Shown here piece after piece: positions 45,492-56,338 of a DNA stretch of 64,000 nt. The stretch spans positions 114,623-178,622 of the forward strand of contig CAVZXQ010000018.1 of the NCBI GenBank assembly GCA_963779315.1, written 5' to 3'. A model generated the notes under the pieces. It did not search any database, had not been told where the DNA came from, and worked only from the letters and a program-made list of their open reading frames with translations. The position numbers and the translations under genes were made by a program. The stretch is from an uncultured Chloroflexia bacterium. Its GTDB lineage: Bacteria > Chloroflexota > Limnocylindria > Limnocylindrales > CSP1-4. The stretch's first letter is position 1. Each line of letters begins with the position of its first letter.

Positions 45492-46634
45492 ATGAACGTC
45501 ACTCGACTCGCCGCTCCGCACCAGGTCCTGCTCGTCGTCGTGGCGGTCGTCCTCGGCGCGTGCAGCCCCGCGGCCGCACCCCCGTCAGGCGCGGTCTCGC
45601 CCAGCCCATCTCCGGCCGCGATCGCCTCCAGCGCATCGACTGCGTCGCCCGCCGCGACGCCGCCTCCCGCGAGCCCAGCGCCCATCGCCGTCAAGGACGG
45701 CGTGCCGTGGATCGTCTATCAATGGGACCCGGAGCGTGGACAAGGTCTCTACCTCATGCGTCCGGACGGAAGCGACGCCCGCGAGATCTCGACGAACCTG
45801 ATGGGGGAGGCCGGCAACCCGGACTGGTCACCCGATGGGAAGAAGATCGCCTTCGAATTGATGGTCAGAGACAACGTCTTTGAGATCTGGACGGTGAACG
45901 CTGACGGCACCGATCCACAGCGGCTCCTCGCCTGCGAAGCCGCCCCATGCGTCCAGGTTGGCGTCCCGGCCTGGTCGCCCGACGGCAAGCAGCTGGCCTT
46001 TGGGCGACTGGTCAACCCCACCGGGAACTACCAGGACGACCGAGTCACGATCGAAACAATGGACCTGGCGACCCGCGCGTCTCGCGTGATCGCGGTCGCG
46101 CCCGCCGCGGACGCTGAGTACGCCGACTACGTCAACGCGCGGTGGTCGCCCGACGGCAAGCAGGTCGTCTTCCAGATAAACACCTACGCAACGCCCCCGA
46201 CGAACGAGAGCCTGCTCGGCAGCTCCATCGCGGTCGTCAACACGGACGGGAGCGAGGTCAACAGTCCGCGGATCCTGACCGACGCGGCGATATTCGGCTC
46301 GTATCCCGATTGGAGCCCCGACGGCAAGCACATCGTCTTCAACACGAACAACCTGCTCTCCTTCCAGACCACGACGAAGGCATCGAACCTGTACACGATC
46401 CGCCCCGACGCGAGCGGATTGACCCAGGTCACTCACTACGGGGACAACGACGCCCGGGCGACCCAGCCGAGCTGGACACCGGATGGCAGGCAGATCATCT
46501 TCACCGATGTCCTGTTCAACCCGGCAAACCCGTACGGCGACCGGCACGCTGCGTTCATCGACCCGGATGGCTCGGATCTCACGGTCCTCGACGGTCCCTT
46601 CGCAACGCACCCGCGCCTGCGCCCGACACCCTAG
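45492..46634 (+). CDS. PD40/TolB-like beta-propeller lipoprotein with a C-terminal HPRLRPTP tail; intact.
   Basis: The lipobox is VVLGAC, followed by a Pro/Ala/Ser linker and the motif PIAVKDGVPWIVYQW. Repeats of WSPDGKxIAF follow, and the C-terminus is ...FATHPRLRPTP. Confidence 0.75.
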   Translation: MNVTRLAAPHQVLLVVVAVVLGACSPAAAPPSGAVSPSPSPAAIASSASTASPAATPPPASPAPIAVKDGVPWIVYQWDPERGQGLYLMRPDGSDAREISTNLMGEAGNPDWSPDGKKIAFELMVRDNVFEIWTVNADGTDPQRLLACEAAPCVQVGVPAWSPDGKQLAFGRLVNPTGNYQDDRVTIETMDLATRASRVIAVAPAADAEYADYVNARWSPDGKQVVFQINTYATPPTNESLLGSSIAVVNTDGSEVNSPRILTDAAIFGSYPDWSPDGKHIVFNTNNLLSFQTTTKASNLYTIRPDASGLTQVTHYGDNDARATQPSWTPDGRQIIFTDVLFNPANPYGDRHAAFIDPDGSDLTVLDGPFATHPRLRPTP

Positions 46635-46668
46635 TTGTAGTTCCCGGGGTTTGTGAGACACGGTGCCG

Positions 46669-47440
46669 GGCTCAGACTGGCATCAACTCGGCGAGCCATC
46701 CCTGCAGGTGATCGAGTGCCGGCACGCGCTCGAAGCCGCGAGCCGTGAACGGGGTGCCATCGAAGCGCTCGGCCGGGGTGTGCCAGTCCAGTTCGCCGTG
46801 CAGTCGGTCGTAGTTGTAGTAGGCCGCGAAGTGGGTGAGCCCATCGGACGCGGCGTCGAGCGTCCGGAAGATCTGGCGGTCGAGCAGCTCCGACTGGAGG
46901 ATCCCCCAGAAGCGCTCGATCTTGCCATTCGTCCAGGGCGAGTTCACCTGGGTCCGGATGTGCCGGATGTGGAGCTCCTCGAGGGTCTTGCCGAAGAGGG
47001 TCAGGACGCCTGGCATCCAGACGACGAACGGGCGTGCCGTTGTCGCTCATCAGCTCGAGTGGCGTGCCGCACAGCTCGACGCAGTCGTCGAGCCAGGCGA
47101 GGATCGGTGCGGCCCGCGGCTGGGCCAGGACGCGCAGCCCGATGAGGAAGCGCGAGTGGTCGTCGACGAGGCCGACGATCCAGACCTTCTCGTACTCGCG
47201 GACCGAGCGGCGCAGGAAGAACGGTCCCTTGATGTCGATGTGCCAGAGCTCGTTGGGCCGCACGCGCTCGTAGGCCGGACCACGGGCACGGCGGGTCGAG
47301 GGCCGGGCCGTCCCGAACTCGGCGAGCAGGCCGTCGACCGCGTGGTGATCGAGCGGGCAGGTGCTCGACCTGGCCAGGATGGCTGAAACGTCCTCGGTGT
47401 AGCTCGCCACGCCGCCCCTCGATCCTGGCATGCGTCGATC
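46669..47440 (-). mobile_element. IS481/IS3-like rve (DDE) transposase remnant; frameshifted and probably N-truncated.
   Basis: The segments ELWHIDIKGPFF, VGLVDDHSRF, LMSDNG and NSPWTNGKIERFWGILQSELLD are present, split between ORFs 46631..47476 and 46672..47016. Confidence 0.65.
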
Positions 47441-47719
47441 ACCTGCCCCCAGCCTGACGCGCGCATTCGTCCGCATCGAACCAACCCAGCGAGGAAGTCA
47501 CGAGCAGGTCAGGCCCGAGGGTCCTCGCGATGCTCGCAGGGGCGCTCATCGCGCTCAAGGCATGGCTGTCTCGTCGATCGACGCGGTGGTTCGTCGGAGC
47601 CCGAGCTCGACGACGAGGTAGGTTGGTCGGGGCGAGAGGCATTGCCCCGCGACCACCGACCTTCCGATCACGATGCGGCTCGCCGAGCCTCCAGAGCCCT
47701 TCGACTGGCTGCGGAGCGC

Positions 47720-47977
47720 ATGACGCGACGGCGCCTCCACCCCGCCGAGCGCGCCACCGATCGTGAGGTCGGCGTGGTCACAGCCGTGCTCGTGACCGGG
47801 TCGGAGAAGGCGGCCGCCCACCGCCTCGGCCTGTCGCACTCGACCGTGAAGCACCACCTGGCGAACGCGAGGTCGAAGGTCGGGGCCGACACGACGGCGC
47901 AGCTAGCGTGGATCCTGGGGCCTCGGCTGCCGGAGCCCGAGGGCATGGCCGAAGCGGATGAGCAGCGGTCTGCTTGA
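47720..47977 (+). CDS. Small LuxR/GerE-type HTH protein.
   Basis: TDREVGVVTAVLVTGSEKAAAHRLGLSHSTVKHHLANARSKVGADTTAQLAWIL matches the LuxR C-terminal HTH. Confidence 0.5.
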   Translation: MTRRRLHPAERATDREVGVVTAVLVTGSEKAAAHRLGLSHSTVKHHLANARSKVGADTTAQLAWILGPRLPEPEGMAEADEQRSA

Positions 47978-48098
47978 CGCGGTCGTGGATGGCCCGCAGG
48001 CGTTGATGGTCCGGCACTGATCCCGCCCGCGACGCCCGATGTCGCGCTCCGCAAGGAGGCTGTGGGACACTTCGCCCTTCCCGTGACATCTATGGGGC

Positions 48099-48645
48099 AT
48101 GGTGGGTGAACTGACGATCCCAGGCGGCATCGCCGCATCGACCGTGGCGGATGCCGCGGCCGGTGATGCGGATGCGCTCGCGCGGATCGTGGGCGCCCAC
48201 CACGACGACATGGCCCGCATCTGCTACGTCATCTGCGGCGATCAGGACATGGCCCAGGACGCGGTCCAGGCCGCCTGGCCGATCGCCTGGCGCAAGCTCG
48301 GCTCCCTGCGCGACCCGGAGACGGCTCCGGCCGTGGCTCATGGCCATCGCCGCCAACGAGGTCAAGCAGGTCATGCGCCGGCAGCAACGTCATGGGGTGG
48401 TCGAGATCGAGGTCGCCGATATCGGCTCGTCGCACGGCGATCCGGCGGCCCGATCCGCCCTGACCGATCTGGCCGTCGCGCTGCGCCGACTCTCGCCCGA
48501 AGACCGAACCCTGCTCGCCCTGCGCCACGTCGCCGGCTTCGATGCGACCGAGATCGGTCGCGAACTCGGGATGTCGCCGTCAGGCGTGCGTTCCCGCCTG
48601 GCTCGCTTGCTCGAGCGTCTCCGATCGGAGCTCTCCGATGACTGA
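48099..48645 (+). CDS. ECF/sigma-70 family sigma factor 2, a paralog of sigma 1; frame break near 48320.
   Basis: Near-identical to sigma 1 at the protein level and carries the same upstream block. Confidence 0.75.
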
Positions 48646-49942
48646 CATGACCTTCGAATCCCTGCTGAGCGGACAGCTCCGCGAGTACGCCCAGGCCGGC
48701 GTCCGACCGATCGACCGATACGCGATCGCCGAGGGGACGATAGAGGCGGGACGGCCGAGGGTTCGCTGGAGCCGGTCGTTCGTCCGGACGCGCCGAACGC
48801 TCACGCTCGTCCTGGTCGGGCTGCTGATCATGGCCCTCGCGGCGAGCGGTGCCCTGGTAGCAAGCCGGTTGCTCAAGCCCCATGCCGCATACCAGGGGAT
48901 CCTGGCCTCCGTCGGCCCGACCTATGGCGAGATGCCGTGGGACTTCGCCTCCGCCGCATTGGCTGACGGGACGTTCGCCATCCTCGCAGGCGATGGACGG
49001 ACCGTGCTGATCTGGGATCCCGAGTCCGGCCAGACACGTCCAGCCGGGACGCTGGCGATCATGCGCGGCCAAGCCGGCTATCTACAGAGGCCGTCGATGA
49101 TCGAACTCGAAGACGGGACGATCTTCCTGACGGGGGATGCCTCGGGGACCGACGATCCGATGACGTGGGAGCGATTTGACCCGAGTACAGGTCGATCCGT
49201 GGCCACCGGCGTGTTCGACTCGACACACGCCAGGTTCGATTCGTCCCTGGTCAGACTGTCCAACGGAAAGGTCCTGATCGTGGGCGGTCAGGGGCAGTCC
49301 TTTTCGCCGGGGGACGCCAGGGCGAGCCTTTGGGATCCAACGACGAACGCCCTTCGACCGATCGAGTCCATGGACGCAGGCCGACGACGGCCATGCCTGA
49401 CGACCCTTCTGGATGGTCGCGTGCTCGTCGTCGGCGGTACGCCGGAAGCCCGCAGTGCCGAACTCTATGACCCGGCGACCGAGACGTTCGAGCGCACCGG
49501 GCTCGCGCTTGCGGGTTACGGCAGGGCTGCCACGCGGCTCGAGGATGGACGCGTGCTCGTCCTTGGCGCAGCGCTCACCAGCGGGCTCGTGGACCTGGCT
49601 GAAGGACACGACGCCTCGACGGTGATCTACGACCCAACGACCGGCGAGTTCGCGCAAGGTCCGACCCTACCCCGCGCAGGGGACCTCGTCGCCGCGCTGC
49701 CGTCAGGCCAGATCCTGGTCGTCGGAGGGTGGACGTACGAGGGCCGCCCCGATTCAAACCCGTGGGCCGGACTTCTCGACCTCGCGACCGGCGCGACCAC
49801 ACAGATCGCCACTCCTGATCGGATCGCGTTCGACATCCACCTCCTGCCGGATGGAGCGCCCGTCCTGGCAGGCGGCGTGTCGCCCTTCGAACAGTTGGTC
49901 ACACCAGTCGAGATGACCTGGGGTCAGGTCCTCCGCCAGTAG
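48638..49942 (+). CDS. Anti-sigma-like membrane protein with a Kelch-type propeller; intact, 434 aa.
   Basis: The N-terminus MTDMTFESLLSGQLREYAQAGVRPIDRYAIAEG is followed by the TM helix LTLVLVGLLIMALAASGALVA and five or six DGRVLVVGG...YDPxT blades. The start overlaps the sigma stop. Confidence 0.7.
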   Translation: MTDMTFESLLSGQLREYAQAGVRPIDRYAIAEGTIEAGRPRVRWSRSFVRTRRTLTLVLVGLLIMALAASGALVASRLLKPHAAYQGILASVGPTYGEMPWDFASAALADGTFAILAGDGRTVLIWDPESGQTRPAGTLAIMRGQAGYLQRPSMIELEDGTIFLTGDASGTDDPMTWERFDPSTGRSVATGVFDSTHARFDSSLVRLSNGKVLIVGGQGQSFSPGDARASLWDPTTNALRPIESMDAGRRRPCLTTLLDGRVLVVGGTPEARSAELYDPATETFERTGLALAGYGRAATRLEDGRVLVLGAALTSGLVDLAEGHDASTVIYDPTTGEFAQGPTLPRAGDLVAALPSGQILVVGGWTYEGRPDSNPWAGLLDLATGATTQIATPDRIAFDIHLLPDGAPVLAGGVSPFEQLVTPVEMTWGQVLRQ

Positions 49943-49975
49943 GATCCGCCCGAATGAGTCACTGAGGAGTCCCGA

Positions 49976-51091
49976 ATGCGTCCCATTCGCATCATCGCCC
50001 GTGGCACCGCCGTGCTCATCCTTGCGACACTCGCGGGATGCAGCGCGAGCGGACAGACAGCGCCCCCATCGTCTCCTGGGTCGATCGCGACGCCCGCGGG
50101 CTCGGCGATCGGTGCGTCTCCCACCGGGCGGGCCCCGACCAGCCCATCGCCAAACGCGAGCGTCGGCGACGCAGCCGGGTCGATCGTCTACCTGGGTCCG
50201 GTCGATGGTGGTGCGGGCATCCGGATCGTCGGAACCGACGGTACCGGCGACCACTGGCTGTTCCCGGACGTCAAGATCCCGAAGGACGGGTGGCAGGCGC
50301 ACGCGGACTGGAGCCCGGACGGGACACGACTTGCGTTCGCCTCGGATGATCCGGCGGACCCGCCCGGGGCTGAGATCACCCGGGACCTCTGGGTGGGCGA
50401 CGCCGACGGAGCCAACGCGCGGCGCGTCTTCGACTGCGTGTCACCCTGCCTTGAGGCGGAAGAACCCGCCTGGTCTTCGGACGGGCGCATGCTCGCGTTC
50501 GTGACCTGGGGGCCGCAGCCCGCGAGCCTGGCCGTGCTGGACCTCGCCACCGGTACGATCTCCCTCATCCTGACCGTCGATCACGACCCCGATGCGTTCC
50601 GCCGCCCACGATGGTCGCAGGACGGACACCGGATCGTCCTCGAGCACCAGACCTGGACCGGTGGGGAGGACGACCAGATCGCGGACTCGGTCATCGGGAT
50701 CGTCGACCTGGATTCGGCGTCGCCCCGATTCACCCCGATCACGGAACCTGCCATGTGGGCCACCTACCCCGACTGGCACCCGACCGAGGACCGCATCGTG
50801 TTCTCGACGCGACCGTGGAGCGAGCTCGGCGATGGACCGTCGAACCTCTACACCATCCGCCCGGATGGATCGGGGATGACCGCCCTGACCGACTTCGTCA
50901 GTGGCCAGAGCCGCACCGTCCAGCCGCACTGGACCCCCAACGGCAAGCAGATCATCTTCACCAAAGTGGAGGGGACGGGCTTCGGCAACCCCACGATGGC
51001 AGTCATCGACGCCGACGGCACGGGGCTCCGCTCGGCGACCGGCGATGCCTGGCTCTTCGGCACGCACCCGCGCCTTCGCCCGACACCCTGA
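49976..51091 (+). CDS. PD40/TolB-like lipoprotein with a ...FGTHPRLRPTP tail; intact.
   Basis: The lipobox is LATLAGC. Propeller repeats such as HADWSPDGTRLAF and RWSQDGHRIV are present. Confidence 0.75.
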   Translation: MRPIRIIARGTAVLILATLAGCSASGQTAPPSSPGSIATPAGSAIGASPTGRAPTSPSPNASVGDAAGSIVYLGPVDGGAGIRIVGTDGTGDHWLFPDVKIPKDGWQAHADWSPDGTRLAFASDDPADPPGAEITRDLWVGDADGANARRVFDCVSPCLEAEEPAWSSDGRMLAFVTWGPQPASLAVLDLATGTISLILTVDHDPDAFRRPRWSQDGHRIVLEHQTWTGGEDDQIADSVIGIVDLDSASPRFTPITEPAMWATYPDWHPTEDRIVFSTRPWSELGDGPSNLYTIRPDGSGMTALTDFVSGQSRTVQPHWTPNGKQIIFTKVEGTGFGNPTMAVIDADGTGLRSATGDAWLFGTHPRLRPTP

Positions 51092-51197
51092 ACGCCCGCG
51101 CACGACGCCCTGACCCCAGCGGTCCCACCGCCGAGATCTTCCGATGACTAGCTGACGTCGGGCACAGCTCATCGCCCGCCTATCCGAGGAGTCCTAC

Positions 51198-52320
51198 ATG
51201 CGTCCCGCTCGCCGCATCGCCCTAGGCACCACCTTGCTCATCGCCGCGACCCTCACGGGATGCAGCGCGAGCGGATCCACGGCGCCCCCCGTGACGCGTG
51301 CGCCCAGCGCCACGCCCGTTCCGGTCGCGTCGGCCGCGCCCAGCACACCGGCCGGTGCCATGCCGTCGTCATCGAGCGTGGGCGACGCGGCCGGATCGAT
51401 CGTCTACCTCGCTCAGATCTCCCAGGACGGGGCGAACGGCATCCGGATCGTCGGAACCGACGGCACGGCGACCACTGGCTGTTCCCGGACGTCAAGCTCC
51501 CGAAGGACGGGTGGCAGGTGCACCCGGACTGGAGCCCGGACGGCACGCGACTCGCGTTCGCGGCGGACGATCCGGTGGTCGCGCCCGGCGCCGAGTTCAC
51601 CCGCGACCTCTGGGTGGGCGACGCCGACGGACGAGTGCGCGGCGCGTCTTCGACTGCGTGGCGCCCTGCTTCGTTGCGGACGACCCCGCCTGGTCACCGG
51701 ACGGGCGGACGCTCGCGTTCGTCACGTGGGGAGGGCCGAATCCGGCCACCCTGTCCCTGCTCGACCTCGAGGCCGGGTCGGTCACCACGATCGTGTCCGA
51801 GCAGGGTCCCACTCCCAACGGGTTCCTGTGGCCGCGCTGGTCGCCGGATGGCCGCCGGATCGTGCTCGAGTACCAGACCTGGACCGGCGGGGCGGACGAC
51901 CAGATCGTGGACTCGGTCATCGGCATCGTGGACCTGGACGCGAAGACGCCGGCGTTCATGCCACTCACGACGCCCGAGATGTGGGCAACCTACCCCGACT
52001 GGCACCCGACCGGCGACCTGATCGTCTTCTCCACGCGCCCGTGGCGCGAGCTCGACGATGGACCGTCGAACCTGTACACGATCACGCCGGATGGGGCGGG
52101 CCTGGCAGCCCTCACCGACTTCGGCCCCGGCGAGACCCGCGCCGTCCAGCCGACCTGGCTCCCGGATGGCTCCGGGGTCATCTTCACCGCCGTCGAACCG
52201 TTCGGTGCCGCCGATTCGACGATGATGGCCGTCATCGACGCCGACGGCACGGGGTTCGGCCCGGCGACCGGCGATGCCGGGCTCTTCGGCACGCACCCGC
52301 GCCTTCGCCCGACACCCTGA
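51198..52320 (+). CDS. PD40/TolB-like lipoprotein with a ...FGTHPRLRPTP tail. It is a tandem paralog of 49976..51091 and has two frame breaks.
   Basis: Collinear with the upstream copy, and the 3' end together with the downstream sequence is near-identical. Confidence 0.7.
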
Positions 52321-52395
52321 ACGGCGTCCACACCACAGGGTGACGCGAACATCGTCGGGCGCGCGATGCGCCACCCGGAGTGAATCACTTGACCC

Positions 52396-52971
52396 ATGCC
52401 CGAGCATCTGTGGGGCATGACGTCGATGACGGGCAACCTGGACGACACACTCGCGAGGGCGATCCCGCTCGCCGCGAGCGGTGACCAGGCCGCGTTCGCC
52501 CGGATCGTGCAGGCCCATCACGGGGACATGACCCGGGTCTGCTACGTCATCTGCGGGGACCTGGACCTCGCCGACGAAGCCGTCCAGTCCGCCTGGCCCA
52601 TCGTCTGGAAGAAGCTCGGGACGCTCAAGGACCCGGAACGGCTTCGGCCGTGGCTGGTGTCTGTGGCGGCCAACGAGGCGCGGCAGATCCTGCGCAGCCG
52701 CCGACGCCGGACCGTCGTGGAGCTGTCCGTCTCGCCCGGGGCGGAGCACGCCCAGGCAGCCTCTGATCCCGCCGGGCGCACCGCCGACCTGGATCTCGCC
52801 AACGCCCTTGCCAAGCTGGATCCGGACGATCGAGCGCTGCTCGCGCTGCGCTACGTCGCCGGCTTCGACTCCACCGAACTCGCCCGCGCGACCGGACGGT
52901 CCGCATCGGGCACCCGGGCACGCCTCGCGCGGCTGCTCGATCGCCTCCGAACGGAGCTCCGCGATGACTGA
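52396..52971 (+). CDS. ECF/sigma-70 family sigma factor 3; the likely start is at 52420.
   Basis: ARIVQAHHGDMTRVCYVICGDLDLADEAVQSAWPIVWKKLGTLKDPERLRPW is paralogous to sigmas 1 and 2. Confidence 0.75.
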   Translation: MPEHLWGMTSMTGNLDDTLARAIPLAASGDQAAFARIVQAHHGDMTRVCYVICGDLDLADEAVQSAWPIVWKKLGTLKDPERLRPWLVSVAANEARQILRSRRRRTVVELSVSPGAEHAQAASDPAGRTADLDLANALAKLDPDDRALLALRYVAGFDSTELARATGRSASGTRARLARLLDRLRTELRDD

Positions 52972-54222
52972 CCGAACCCCCTTCGAAGCTCGCCTGGAGG
53001 CCCGCCTCCTCGCGCACGCGGCGCACGCGGACCGTCCGGTCGATGGGGCGGCGATCGCCGCGCAGCGTGGCCGCCCGCGCGGGTGGCACGCGGCGGATGC
53101 GGAACGTGGCCACGACTCGGGCTGGCCGGTGGCCGGTTGGTCGGACCGGCATTCGTGTGGCTGGCACTCGTGGCGCTCCTCCTCGCGCTGGTCGGTGCCA
53201 GCCTGCTCGCCGGCGGCCGACCGGTGGTCCCGGCGCTGGTACAGGCCACCGCCACACCCTCGCCCACAGCGGGCCCGCCTTCGCCCACGCCGATCGCGAT
53301 CCTGCCAGGCGAGCCGTGGATCGTGTACCCGTCGCCGAGCGACAGTCCGACAGGTGGCGGCCTGATCCTCGTCCGCGAGGATGGCACGGACCGACACGAG
53401 ATCCTGAGCCAGCCCGATTCGCGACGCGACCATCCCGATTGGTCGCGCGACGGTGCGCAGCTCGCCTTCGAGGATTGGCACCGGGACGCTACGGCCCCCG
53501 GACTCGACCAGATCGACATCTGGATCTCCGATGCCGATGGCGGCAACCCCAGGCAGGTGACCCGATGCGAGTCACCGTGCCTGCAGCGCTCCTGGCCCGC
53601 CTGGTCACCGGATGGGACCCAGCTCGCGCTCGTCCGATACGACCGGCTCGCCGACCCGCTATGGGGCCCAAGCGCGATCGAGATCCTTGACCTCGCGACC
53701 GGCGACATCCGCGTCGTCTCCGAGACGAAGGACGGCGTCACCGCCTACTACACGCCACGCTGGTCGCCGGACGGGTCGCAGATCGTCTTCGCCATCGAGA
53801 CCTACTCGGACGCCACCGAAACCAAGACGATCTCGAGCTCCCTGGCGATCGTCAACGCGGATGGTTCGAGCGGCGCCGATCCCCGGATCCTCACCACCCC
53901 GGGCCTGCTCGTCCGAAACCCGGATTGGCACCCGCTGGACGACCGGATCGTGTTCGAGGCGAGCCCCGTAAAGCCGGGTTCCACGACGACGGATCTGTAC
54001 GTCATCGGCGCCGACGGTTCGAGTCTCAACAACCTCACGAACTCTGGGAGCGGCGGCACGGGTGCGGAGACTCCCACCTGGACCCACGACGGCCTCCGGA
54101 TCGCCTACAGCCAGCAGATCGGTTCTGAAAAGACGGCCGCCTTCATGAGTGCTGATGGCTCGAATGCGAAACAGGTCAGCCCTGACCTTGCTGCGGCGCC
54201 TCGATTGAGACCGACGCCATAG
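52964..54222 (+). CDS. Anti-sigma-like N-terminus fused to a PD40/TolB-like propeller with a ...AAPRLRPTP tail; frame break near 53080.
   Basis: The N-terminus MTDRTPFEARLEARLLAHA...DGAAIAAQ is followed by the TM helix FVWLALVALLLALVGASLLA, a Pro-rich linker and the motif ILPGEPWIVYPS. The repeat WSPDGTQLA follows, and the start overlaps the sigma stop. Confidence 0.65.
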
Positions 54223-54287
54223 ACCACCCGCCTGCGTAGCCGCGCCCGACCGACCAAACCCACCCCACCATCCACAGGAGATCTGCC

Positions 54288-55413
54288 ATGACCTTCGTTC
54301 GACGCGCCCCGAATCACGTGCTGCTCGCCCTCGTCGTCATCGGTCGTCCTCGGCGCCTGCAGTCCCGCCGCCGCGGCCCCATCCAGTGCTGTCGGGCCGA
54401 GCCCATCTCCGGTCGCCGTTGCCTCCAGCGCGCCGACGGCGTCCCCAGTCGCAACGGCATCACCCACGGCGAAGCCGACGCCGATCACGGTCAAGGACGG
54501 CGAGGAGTGGATCGTGTACTGCTGGTATGTCGACCAAAAGCAGGACAGAGACCTGATCCTCGCCCGCGCCGATGGGACCGATGCCCACGCAATAGCCACG
54601 GACGTTCCGGGTGGAGGCTGCTTGGCGTCCTGGTCACCGGACGGCAGCCAGATCGCGTTCGTGAAACGGAATGAGGCCCACCCGCTCGGAGCGATCTGGA
54701 CCGTTCGAGCTGATGGTTCCGGCGCTGCGATGCTGACCGATGGGGGTGGGGCGTGCCCGGGCGGCATCTTCCACCCCAACTGGTCGCCCGACGGCTCGAG
54801 GTTGGCCGTCGTCTGCTATCCGGACACGGACCCGGGTGGAGGGTCGGTCGCCACGTACGACCTCGCGACCAGGAAGGTGACACGTCTCAACACGGTGACC
54901 TGGCCCGATCACCTGGACAACGCGCCGAGCTGGTCTCCGGACGGGAAGTCGCTCGCATTCGCCATCCTGCACTGGGATCCCACCGACAAGTTCCTCGATG
55001 GATCGTTGGTCGCGACGATCTCGGTTGACGGTGGCAAGGAGCGCCGTCTCACGACGTACGACACCTTTATGTCGGCGCCGGACTGGAGCCCGGACGGGTC
55101 CCAGATCGTCATGAGCGACTACGACCTCGGCAACATGCACACGTCGACCCACCCGTCGAACCTGTACCTGATCAAGCCGGATGGGACGGGGTTGCACCAA
55201 TTCACCCACTCTGCCGTCGATCCCACGATGCGGATCGCCGCACCGCATTGGACGTCGGACGGCAGCCGGATCGTCGTCGCGATCGGTTCGCCCCCGCCGG
55301 GACCGACACCGTCAACGATGTCCAGCTCGCTTTCCATGCCACGGACCTGGCGGGCGGGCTCTTCTCGCCGACGATCCACGGGTCGGGACCGGACCTGCGG
55401 CCCACGCCCTAGC
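54288..55413 (+). CDS. PD40/TolB-like lipoprotein with a ...GPDLRPTP tail; frame breaks near 54340 and 55290.
   Basis: Contains PITVKDGEEWIVYCWY and APSWSPDGKSLAF. It is a paralog of 59013..60084. Confidence 0.65.
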
Positions 55414-55486
55414 GTCGGCCCCCGGCCCCGCGCCACCCGCGGCCCGCCGTCAATGGTCCTCCCGGCGTCAGGCCCCCGTCCGTGGC

Positions 55487-55640
55487 CGGATGTGCACCCA
55501 TGCCGATGGCCACGAGCCGTCCGGTGCATCCGCACGCACCTTGTCGGCCAACGAGAGTCCCACTGGTCCGAAATGTGCGCCTGGTGCACCAACCGGCCGA
55601 CAAGGCCCGCGTGCTTGTCCCAAATGAGTCATGGGGCGCA
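55487..55640. repeat. GTGCAC-rich intergenic element, copy C.
   Basis: Contains ccggatgtgcac, cggtgcatccgcacgcacc and gtccgaaatgtgcgcctggtgcaccaacc, upstream of sigma gene 4. Confidence 0.55.
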
Positions 55641-55785
55641 CACGGGGATCCTGGGCCTGCGGCCCACGCCGCAGGTTCATCTCGTGGCCCGGCGCTGCGC
55701 GGCGAGAAGATGGAACGATGTGGCGGCGATCTCGCCTCATAGTCTCGACAGCGGCCATACGGTCGCCACAGACTGGGTCGGCGAT

Positions 55786-56338
55786 GCAGCGAGATCTCGT
55801 CCTTCGCGCAAGCACTGGTGACCACGACGCGTTCGCGTCGCTGGCGACCGATGCGTACGGCCGGCTCCATCGCACCGCCCGGCTGATCCTCCGGCGCGAG
55901 GACCTGGCGTCGGACGCGGTCCAGGAGGCGCTCACCTCGGCCTGGCTCCACATCCGGGCCGTGCGCGATCCGGACCGCTTCGATGCCTGGCTCAACCGGC
56001 TCGTCGTCCGCGCCTGCCACACGGAGCTGCGACGGGCGAAGCGCGGGCCGATCGAGATCCACGTCGACACGATCGAGGCGCCCGGGGTCGACGACTCCGC
56101 CGGCGACCTGGCGGACCGCGACCAGCTCGAACGCGGCTTCCGGCGCCTGTCGGCCGAGCATCGCGCGGTCCTCGTCGTCCACCACTACCTGGGGCTGCCC
56201 GACGCGGAGGCCGCCACGGTCCTCGACGTCCCGATGGGCACCTACAAGTCCCGCCTCAATCGCGCCCACCTCTCGCTGCGCGCGGCCCTCGAGGCCGATG
56301 CGCGCGTCGCCGGGATCGGCAAGGAGTCCGTCGCATGA
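55786..56338 (+). CDS. ECF sigma factor 4, RpoE-like.
   Basis: Region 2 is DAVQEALTSAWLHIRAVRDPDRFDAWLNRLVVRA, and region 4 is VLVVHHYLGLPDAEAATVLDVPMGTYKSRLNRA. Confidence 0.8.
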
